Positions 1 to 6,706 of a DNA stretch of 19,757 nucleotides are shown here, in pieces. Within the stretch, counting starts at the first letter, position 1. Each line of letters opens with the position of its first letter. Under the pieces are notes generated by a model. The model searched no databases. It worked only from the letters and a program-made list of their open reading frames with translations, and was not told where the DNA came from. Source of the stretch: Candidatus Iainarchaeum sp. (GTDB lineage Archaea > Iainarchaeota > Iainarchaeia > Iainarchaeales > GCA-2688035); the NCBI GenBank assembly GCA_028713935.1, contig JAQTNI010000024.1:1-19757 (forward strand). Direction: 5' to 3'. A program made the position numbers and the translations under genes.

Positions 1-354
1 GAAATAAAACAATGCCCCCTGAAAAAAAAGAACCATTATTCGGATTAGGCTTTTTTTCAAGTTTGGATTTGCATTCCGCAAAAAATAGGTTGTTTTTATT
101 TTTGCATCCTTGTTTTTTCCGACAAGCGGGCCGTAAATGCCTTTTTTTTCCAATGGATTGTATTTTGCCCTGAATTCCAGCAGTGACAATTGCTTCCCCA
201 CAGTGTAAATGCTTGAACCTGTTTTTTTGCTTAATTCGTTTAGGCACAATGGGCCTGAAGAAAGTTCCAAAAGGATTTTTTGCTGCAAAGGCGAAAGCTT
301 TGCAAAAACCTCATCGCCAACCAAAACGCTTGATTTTTTATCAGAACCCGGCAT
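1..354 (-). CDS. Partial winged-helix (ArsR/TrmB-like HTH) DNA-binding protein; its C-terminal part runs off the left edge
   Basis: Missing from the ORF track because it is edge-truncated. My minus-strand translation from ATG 354..352 stays open to position 1: MPGSDKKSSVLVGDEVFAKLSPLQQKILLELSSGPLCLNELSKKTGSSIYTVGKQLSLLEFRAKYNPLEKKGIYGPLVGKNKDAKIKTTYFLRNANPNLKKSLIRIMVLFFQGALFYF. The LSPLQQKILLEL...LNELSKKTG.S..TV.KQL..LE stretch matches a wHTH recognition-helix pattern. An in-frame TAG lies upstream of the ATG. Confidence 0.55.
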   Translation of the reverse strand, partial: MPGSDKKSSVLVGDEVFAKLSPLQQKILLELSSGPLCLNELSKKTGSSIYTVGKQLSLLEFRAKYNPLEKKGIYGPLVGKNKDAKIKTTYFLRNANPNLKKSLIRIMVLFFQGALFYF

Positions 355-479
355 AAAGCCCAGATAGAATTCCCAATCAAAAACAATTTTAAATGTAATG
401 CCCTAACCATAAAAAATTAATTTCGGGTTTTTTAAAAAAAATTTTCGGAAAAAAAAAGCTTTGCAGTTTTAAAAAAAAT

Positions 480-563
480 TTGACTAAAAGAGAGGCTATT
501 TAAATAACAAAAATTTTTTCAATTTTTTTGCTTGACTAAAAGAAAGAGTATTTAAAAACAAAA
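480..563 (+). repeat. Tandem direct repeat (two ~33-bp copies, period 52 bp), each with a TATA-like TATTTAAA box, upstream of the giant ORF
   Basis: Copy 1 (480-513) is TTGACTAAAAGAGAGGCTATTTAAATAACAAAA. Copy 2 (532-563) is TTGACTAAAAGAAAGAGTATTTAAAAACAAAA. The first 12 nt and the TATTTAAA core are identical. It sits 75-160 nt upstream of ATG 639. Confidence 0.7.
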
Positions 564-638
564 TAGCCAAGTAATACTGGTTAAACATAATTGCGCAAAA
601 TAAAAGTGGGTTGCGCTGTCAATTTGGGGTGGGTGTAA

Positions 639-3600
639 ATGAGCATGCGAGAGCAGCAAAAATCTTCAACTAATTTTTTGGGGGGAGGAATTTTTTACAA
701 ACTTCCGCTGCTAATACTTATTGTGCTCTCACTGGCCGTTTCGGCTTCTGCAGTACACACTTCAACAGCAGATCTCCAACCAGAATGGTCCCCTGCAAAC
801 TCAAATGTGAATTACACAGTAACTTTCTGCAAAACAGGCGGAGACTCTGTGAATGAGGTTAGAATTTACAAAAATTACGACGGTTCAATTTATTACACTA
901 ATTTTGTTTGTGATGACAAGCAGGGATGGGAAAAACTATATATTGGCACATACCCGGCATGCTTCTATGTAGCAGATGCAAACTCGCCATATTATGACCC
1001 AATTGATACTGACGGCGAATGCCAGGCTTTCACTTTTTCTGCAACTACCCCGCAAGCCGACCCGCAATACTGTAACTTGCAGTGGAGATTTGAAACAAGA
1101 GATGTCTCAGACTATTGGCAATACCTTTACGACACAACAAGCGTTGATGACAAAAATCCAGTAATAATCAAAACACTTGGACAGCCACAATACACAGACG
1201 GGACAAATACATGGATAACAAAAAACACGCCAATCACAATCGAAGCATACGATGAGGGAGACTGCACAGTAAGCGACATTGATTACTGCGAATACAGATA
1301 TGATGCTGACGGCGTTGAAGTTTTGCCCTGGACAACAATAATTTGGGATGACACATTAAGAGGAGACCCAACACACTATTTTTACACATTTAATTATCAG
1401 GAAGATTCCAGACACTTTTTGCAGGTTCGCTGTTTTGACAACGCAGGAAACATGGCAACTCATGAGCAAACAGAGTATGTTGAAACAGTTCCGCCAGTCA
1501 CCATCAAAACCTATTCGCCGGATGCCTATCGAAACGGAGTCCGGGAATGGATTAGCACCAGCACAGACGTTATTCTGGATGCAACAGACCCGCAACCGCA
1601 TCCATCCGATGTAAACGCCACATGGTACCGCGTTATTCCAGCGCCGAATAGTTGGTGCGAAACCCCGGAAACGTATTGCAGGGATTATCCGGAAACAGAA
1701 TTGTATCCGGGAGAACAAGCTGAGCGCGGATTCCAATACAACCAATATACCGGTCCCTTTCAAATTCCGGAAAGCTGCCACTACATCGATTTTTACAGCG
1801 TTGATAACCTGGGAAACCGGGAAACCATCATGCACAACGGAAACCCACAATATGGTACTGGCAATTGGCAGTGCGCCTTTGTGGACGGAACACCGCCGGT
1901 TTTGACCAAAACAGTCGGAGAACCCAACATCGCTGTAGATGATGAAACATTTGATTACTGGGTTTCGCAACAAACCCCAATACAATTGAATTGCCAGGAC
2001 ACTGGGCCACACCCAAGCAATAATGTAACAATTTACTGGAGCTATACAGTTGACGGAGGCCAGCCAATTACAGGAAGCTATAATGGGCAAGATTACAATT
2101 TATTCTTTGCAGAAGACTCAGTGCATGTGCTTGACGCTTGGTGCACTGATGCAGTAGGAAATACAACAGCACATGACATTGAAACATTCAGGGTTGACGG
2201 AACCCCCCCAATCATGACCAAGGAAATGCTTGGAATTGAGAATGAAGATTGGATTGGAAACTGCCCGCCGCAAAGCCCAGATGAAAATTGCTATGTTGCA
2301 GACAATAACCGCGGCGGGGTACATATCTCGGTTTCAGACCCGGACCCAACAGGATTTAGATGCAATGTAAACAATGTGACATGCACTTACGAGCTTTGGT
2401 GGAATGGCAATGTAATTGACAGCGGCAGATTCCAAGAAGAAGGAAAAGACATTTTGTTCACAGAGGACTCAACACACACATTGATAGTGAACTGCCAGGA
2501 TGCTTTGGGAAATGCAATGCCAACAGACACAGAAGAATTCCTTGTTGATTCAACACCACCGGAAACAACAAAAACATACGGAACACCATTCTATACTGAC
2601 AGTCATAACGATTGGATTACAACAGACACCCCAATCACACTCACAGCAACAGATGCAAAAGTCGGAGTTGACGAGACACATTATAGATATTGTTTGTATA
2701 ACCCCGGCGATAACACATTGGAACGCACTGCATGCACATGCGAAGGCACAAGTTTTATAGAATACAGTGGCACACCATTCACTATAACAGGAGAATCACA
2801 GCACTGCATTGAGTTTTATAGCACAGACTTGCTTGGGAACACAGAAGCATGGAAATCACAGCTTGTGTTTGTTGAAGACACAGCGCCGGTTGTTACAAAG
2901 CTTGTTGGCGACCCGAAAGTCGCTTGCAGCGAAACAGACCCTACAGGCTGCGACTATTATATCACACAGCAGACGCCAATTACTTTGAACTGCACAGACC
3001 CAGAACCGCACCCAGTTGGCAATGTTGTAAACAATTACAGATACAGGATAAGCAATGACTGTGCAGAGTGGGGTGCTTGGAGCGAGTGGCAGCCAGTTGC
3101 AGGAGACATTCTTTTCCCGCAGGATTCATGCCACGAACTTGAATATTATTGTGCAGATGCTTTGGGCAATGAGTCAGAAACTTTCAGCGAAATAGACATT
3201 GTTGACACAGTTGGGCCTGCAATTACAAAAGAAATTATGGGGCCAAGATATGGCGATTGCCTGCCTGAAGAGGAAGGCGATATTTGTTATACCAATGGAG
3301 TTACACAAATTAGCGTAAATGCAGTTGATTCAGAACCTCATCCAGTAGGAGAGGTAAGTTGCCAGTGGGGCTATACCCTTGATGAGCAGAGAGATGTGTT
3401 CAATGGATGGTACACTACTTTCCCAATCCAGTTTCCGGAAGAAACACAGCATAATTTGACAATAGAATGCAGGGATGCCCTTGGAAACACTACAATAGAC
3501 AATGAAACATTTTATGTTGACAAGACACCGCCAGTGACAACAAAAAATTATGGAAACCCATTTTTTACGCAGGAAGGCAAGGAATGGATTACATCAAACA

Positions 3601-5006
3601 CAGAAATTTCGTTTAGTGTTGAAGATGCCGGGCCACACAAATCAGGCATTGCCGGAACATGGTACAAAATAAGCCTTGTGAATGACAATTACTGCGAAAA
3701 CCAACAAATTTGCCAAGAAGCAACCGGAACAGGAGACTTTATAGAATACACAGGGCAATCAGTCAATATTCCGGAACAATCGTGCCATTTAATAGAGTAT
3801 TACAGCAAAGACAATGTTGAAAAAACAGAAACAGTGAAAAAACAGTGCGTTTATGTTGACAATACTCCTCCAACTCCATTGAAAACAGTTGGAGAGCCAA
3901 AAGACATCTGGACTCCTGGAGAAAATGGGGATCCTGAAAGTTATTTCTATCCAGAGGAAACACAAAATTGCTGGACCGATACAGAAGGTTCAATTGAATG
4001 CTGGCAGGCAACAGTATTGACACCAATAACAATGGATTGCAATGACCCATTGCCACACCCAGTGGAAAATGAAAAAGTCTGCTTCGGTGTTGAATTAGAC
4101 GGAACAGACAAAACAGAACAATACTGCGGCAGATATGGCGGAACAATGAATGAAAATTTTTGCTGCCTCGAAGGGACAATAGCTGACTTCAAGTTCATGG
4201 AAGATTCAGAGCACAATTTGAAATATTATTGTGCAGATGCCTTGGGAAACAGCAATGAAGCCAATGTAGATGAAGAAAAATTCAAGATAGAGGGCACAAA
4301 ATTCGAAATTCCATTGTTCCAAAAATGGAATCTTGTTTCAGTGCCATTCAAGCTCTTGAGCGATTCTCCGGAAGCAGTCTTTGGGGAAACAGATGGAGTT
4401 GACAGAGTCTGGACATACGACCCTGCGCACGAATTGTGCAGTCAGGATTGGTGCGTGTATTCTCCTGACGGAGACTCTGGAAATGACAATCTTGGGGGCA
4501 TTACTCCTGGTTGGGGTTACTGGGTTCTTGAAAAAAACGAGGATACAGGCATTAACCAGCCAGCAGAATGGATTACAATTGGCGGAAGCCTGTTCCAAAC
4601 AGGGCCAACAGGCCCATTGAGCAGAACCCTTGTTCAGGGTTGGAATCTCCTGGGTTATTACGGAACAAATTGGGAATTGTACGATTGGGGAGATTTTAGC
4701 TTTACGTGCGGAGATGCTTTTAACTTCCCAGACAAGTTCCTATATGGAGATACTGTGTATGAGTCACTGTACTCTCTTGTAGATACTGAAGAAGGCCACC
4801 CAAAATGGAGCAGCGTATGGAGCTATGTAAACTGCGGAAACCATGTGGATACATGGCTTGGCTTGAATGACTGCCCTAGTGGTGGAATTGGGCAATTGTT
4901 GGGCAAATTGTATGCTGGCAGAGGCTATTGGGTTGAAATGGATACAATAGATAACTATGTTCCAGCAACAGGTGGCGACGGCTATTGCCTCAGTGGACCA
5001 AGATAG
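639..5006 (+). CDS. Giant (1455 aa) secreted Cys-rich surface protein built from tandem Ig-like modules; putative adhesin or cell-surface protein
   Basis: Uninterrupted 4.4-kb ORF. A GGGGTGGGTG purine-rich RBS-like tract lies at 626-635. The N-terminal hydrophobic segment LPLLILIVLSLAVSASA is signal-peptide-like. Module boundaries recur as VDxTPPxxTK, each preceded by C.DA(L/V)GN....E.F. There is no C-terminal TM segment. Confidence 0.9.
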   Translation: MSMREQQKSSTNFLGGGIFYKLPLLILIVLSLAVSASAVHTSTADLQPEWSPANSNVNYTVTFCKTGGDSVNEVRIYKNYDGSIYYTNFVCDDKQGWEKLYIGTYPACFYVADANSPYYDPIDTDGECQAFTFSATTPQADPQYCNLQWRFETRDVSDYWQYLYDTTSVDDKNPVIIKTLGQPQYTDGTNTWITKNTPITIEAYDEGDCTVSDIDYCEYRYDADGVEVLPWTTIIWDDTLRGDPTHYFYTFNYQEDSRHFLQVRCFDNAGNMATHEQTEYVETVPPVTIKTYSPDAYRNGVREWISTSTDVILDATDPQPHPSDVNATWYRVIPAPNSWCETPETYCRDYPETELYPGEQAERGFQYNQYTGPFQIPESCHYIDFYSVDNLGNRETIMHNGNPQYGTGNWQCAFVDGTPPVLTKTVGEPNIAVDDETFDYWVSQQTPIQLNCQDTGPHPSNNVTIYWSYTVDGGQPITGSYNGQDYNLFFAEDSVHVLDAWCTDAVGNTTAHDIETFRVDGTPPIMTKEMLGIENEDWIGNCPPQSPDENCYVADNNRGGVHISVSDPDPTGFRCNVNNVTCTYELWWNGNVIDSGRFQEEGKDILFTEDSTHTLIVNCQDALGNAMPTDTEEFLVDSTPPETTKTYGTPFYTDSHNDWITTDTPITLTATDAKVGVDETHYRYCLYNPGDNTLERTACTCEGTSFIEYSGTPFTITGESQHCIEFYSTDLLGNTEAWKSQLVFVEDTAPVVTKLVGDPKVACSETDPTGCDYYITQQTPITLNCTDPEPHPVGNVVNNYRYRISNDCAEWGAWSEWQPVAGDILFPQDSCHELEYYCADALGNESETFSEIDIVDTVGPAITKEIMGPRYGDCLPEEEGDICYTNGVTQISVNAVDSEPHPVGEVSCQWGYTLDEQRDVFNGWYTTFPIQFPEETQHNLTIECRDALGNTTIDNETFYVDKTPPVTTKNYGNPFFTQEGKEWITSNTEISFSVEDAGPHKSGIAGTWYKISLVNDNYCENQQICQEATGTGDFIEYTGQSVNIPEQSCHLIEYYSKDNVEKTETVKKQCVYVDNTPPTPLKTVGEPKDIWTPGENGDPESYFYPEETQNCWTDTEGSIECWQATVLTPITMDCNDPLPHPVENEKVCFGVELDGTDKTEQYCGRYGGTMNENFCCLEGTIADFKFMEDSEHNLKYYCADALGNSNEANVDEEKFKIEGTKFEIPLFQKWNLVSVPFKLLSDSPEAVFGETDGVDRVWTYDPAHELCSQDWCVYSPDGDSGNDNLGGITPGWGYWVLEKNEDTGINQPAEWITIGGSLFQTGPTGPLSRTLVQGWNLLGYYGTNWELYDWGDFSFTCGDAFNFPDKFLYGDTVYESLYSLVDTEEGHPKWSSVWSYVNCGNHVDTWLGLNDCPSGGIGQLLGKLYAGRGYWVEMDTIDNYVPATGGDGYCLSGPR
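1143..4265 (+). repeat. Coding array of nine ~105-135-aa modules arranged as A-A-B-C-A-B-C-A-B
   Basis: Modules start at nt 1143, 1479, 1881, 2193, 2544, 2871, 3201, 3516 and 3855, and the array ends at about 4265. Type A reads TKTYG.P.....WIT..T.I.L.A.D. Type B reads TK(T/L)VG(E/D)P...Y(W/Y).(S/T)QQTPI.LNC.D..PHP. Type C reads TKE(M/I).G....C......CY......(I)SV...D..P. Confidence 0.75.
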
Positions 5007-5069
5007 TTTTGGAACATAGGGAACAATAACAATGCGAATTGATTGGCGGAATTTCATAAAAAACGCAGA

Positions 5070-5096
5070 TTTTTTTCTTTTTAATTTTTTTTGTTT
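5070..5096 (+). terminator. Oligo-T tract downstream of the giant ORF (archaeal-type intrinsic terminator candidate)
   Basis: The sequence tttttttctttttaattttttttgttt starts about 65 nt after the stop at 5006. Archaeal RNAP terminates at T-runs. Confidence 0.35.
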
Positions 5097-5155
5097 AATA
5101 GCATGCCAAGGTTTATATTTATTATCATTTAGTAACTATATAAAGTTGGGGTAAT

Positions 5156-6256
5156 ATGAGTATTGCCAAGAACTTTTTGATTTTGCTATCTTTTTTACTT
5201 ATTTGCGGGATTGCCTTTGCAACGCCAGGAATACCGCACCAATTTTATGGAACAGTAACAATAAACGGCACTCCTGCAAATAATGCAAATATTGTGGCAA
5301 AAATAAACAACTTAGTGGTTGCAAGCACTGTTTCAACAAACGGTGGTTACGGTTTTTACCCTAATATTTTTTATGTTCCAGACCCAAACAACACTAATAA
5401 TGGAAAAACAATTGAATTTTTTTTGAATGGCAATGAAGTGGCAACATATATTTTTGAAAACGGAGCTTCAACGCAATTAGACCTATTTTATGGGGCTGCG
5501 CCTTTCTGTGGGGACAGCCAATGCAATGCAAGCGAAACATGCACTAGCTGCCAGGCAGACTGCGGAACATGCCCGCCAGTAATACCCCCTAATGGTGGAA
5601 CAGGAGGCGGCACTGGTGGCGGCAGTGGAGGCACTGGCGGAGAGGGAGGCGGCAGCGCTGGAGGCAATTTGATTGTGCAAATTATTGGAAATTGTGTTTC
5701 AAAGCCATTAAGTGTTGGAGTTGTAAATATTAATGGCAATCCTGTTGCAAATGCAGAAATAGAGGTTGTGCATAACAGGAACAGCATTGCAAAAACAAAT
5801 GCGAATGCTGATGGAAATGCTTCTTTTACTTTTGAGGAAATTGGAAAATACGAATTTGTGGCAAGAAGTGGAATTGCAGTAAGCTCGCTCAAGATAATCA
5901 CTCTTGAAGAATGCGGAACTGAAAGCCCCCCTGAACAGCCAGCAACAAACGAAACAACTGACTTGTGCAAAAACAAGGACTGCAATGATAAAAATCCCTG
6001 TACACAGGATACCTGCAACAAGGGCTTCTGCAATTACACAAGCCTTGAAGAAATTTCCTGTGGAACCAACATGGCATGCAAATCCGGAGAATGCGTTTTG
6101 CAGGCAGAACCTGAAACAGCAAAAACAGGAACTGTTGCAACAACAGGATTCTTCGGATTGGAAACAGGAACAGGAAATATCATAATTGGCATCCTGCTAA
6201 CAGTTGCAGTCGCATGGCTTGGCCTTGCATACAAATTCAGGCTAAGAAAAAAATAA
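5156..6256 (+). CDS. Secreted modular surface protein with a C-terminal TM anchor
   Basis: Signal-like N-terminus FLILLSFLLICGIAFA, then a PHQFYGTVTINGTPA beta-sandwich-like domain. A Cys knot follows (CGDSQCNASETCTSCQADCGTC), then a Gly-rich linker (GGTGGGTGGGSGGTGGEGGGSAGG). Next is a carboxypeptidase-regulatory-like segment (NGNPVANAEIEVV...ADGNASFTFEE.GKYEF) and a second Cys-rich repeat (CKNKDCNDKNPCTQDTCNKGFCNY...CGTNMACKSGEC). The C-terminus has a TM segment plus basic tail (IIIGILLTVAVAWLGLAYKFRLRKK). GGGGT lies at 5146-5150, before ATG 5156. Confidence 0.85.
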   Translation: MSIAKNFLILLSFLLICGIAFATPGIPHQFYGTVTINGTPANNANIVAKINNLVVASTVSTNGGYGFYPNIFYVPDPNNTNNGKTIEFFLNGNEVATYIFENGASTQLDLFYGAAPFCGDSQCNASETCTSCQADCGTCPPVIPPNGGTGGGTGGGSGGTGGEGGGSAGGNLIVQIIGNCVSKPLSVGVVNINGNPVANAEIEVVHNRNSIAKTNANADGNASFTFEEIGKYEFVARSGIAVSSLKIITLEECGTESPPEQPATNETTDLCKNKDCNDKNPCTQDTCNKGFCNYTSLEEISCGTNMACKSGECVLQAEPETAKTGTVATTGFFGLETGTGNIIIGILLTVAVAWLGLAYKFRLRKK

Positions 6257-6384
6257 TGCAAAAATTCCTTTATTTTAAAAAATTCTTTTTCTTTGAAAAA
6301 AGCAACAATTTAAAAACAAAAACAAACCCTATTATATTATACAATTCTGGATTGCAAATGCAATCCCAAATACAATTGCATTGG

Positions 6385-6633
6385 CCCCTCTTAGCATAGT
6401 AGCTAATGCGTCCGGCTGTAGCACAGCCTTTTCTTGGAAAGAAAAGCCTGGGGAAAAGAACAATTTTTCCTTATGGAAAAATTGGAAAAGAACAAAATCG
6501 CTTCACGATTTTGGATTAAAAATTTCCCCTTGTATGCCAGCTTCAATGCTGGTGAGCGCCGAAAAGCATGCGCTTGTTGGCGCACCGCAATGCGGTGACC
6601 GGAAGATCCCCGGTGCAACTCCGGGAGAGGGGA
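6385..6633 (+). tRNA. tRNA-Tyr (anticodon GTA) with a 176-nt intron at the canonical 37/38 position
   Basis: Hand-folded cloverleaf:
- Acceptor CCCCTCT (6385-6391) pairs perfectly with AGAGGGG (6626-6632), giving C1:G72, with A73 at 6633.
- U8 is present. D-stem GCAT/ATGC, D-loop AGTAGCTA, then G26.
- Anticodon stem TCCGG (6411-6415) pairs with CCGGA (6599-6603).
- The spliced anticodon loop is CTGTAG|A, the same CUGUAGA as M. jannaschii tRNA-Tyr as I recall it.
- Variable loop AGATC (5 nt), allowing a G15:C48 pair.
- T-arm CCCGG-TGCAACT-CCGGG.

No CCA is encoded, and a T-run follows at about 6641-6647. C1:G72 plus A73 is the archaeal/eukaryal tRNA-Tyr identity set. Confidence 0.85.
6422..6597 (+). 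other. tRNA-Tyr intron (176 nt), predicted to fold into multiple perfect hairpins
   Basis: Boundaries are set by the exon fold. Internal helices:
- 6424-6450 (11 bp with 1 mismatch);
- ATTTTTCC/GGAAAAAT, 6463-6482;
- AAAATCG/CGATTTT, 6494-6512;
- GGGAAA (6451-6456) / TTTCCC (6523-6528), enclosing the previous two;
- CCAGC/GCTGG, 6537-6552;
- GGTG(A)GCGCC/GGCGCACC, 6551-6586;
- CACCGC/GCGGTG, 6582-6597.

The direct repeat GGAAAAGAACAA occurs at 6452-6463 and 6484-6495. Confidence 0.75.
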
Positions 6634-6706
6634 CACTGGTTCTTTTAAATAAGAAAATGCATAAATGAGATAATACAGCCTACTGTTTTGATTTAAAAGT
6701 GACATT

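Noticed and set aside
1356-2090. A 244-aa minus-strand ORF, plus other antisense ORFs inside the giant gene (1828..2067, 2118..2324, 3763..4179, 3947..4216, 4338..4598, 4764..5057).
   Set aside because: They lie entirely antisense or out of frame within a 4.4-kb ORF that has clear modular protein signal. Their products are hydrophobic or low-complexity with no recognisable motifs.
5585-5665. GGN-rich DNA that looks like a microsatellite or short tandem repeat.
   Set aside because: It is an imperfect codon-level repeat encoding a Gly/Thr/Ser linker inside a CDS. There is no fixed unit and no spacer structure, so it is not a CRISPR or VNTR-type array.
5488-6033. A 181-aa minus-strand ORF with a Pro-rich tract (PPPSPPVPPLPPPVPPPVPP).
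   Set aside because: It is the mirror image of the Gly-rich linker (GGN codons read as NCC on the opposite strand) of the well-supported plus-strand gene 5156..6256.
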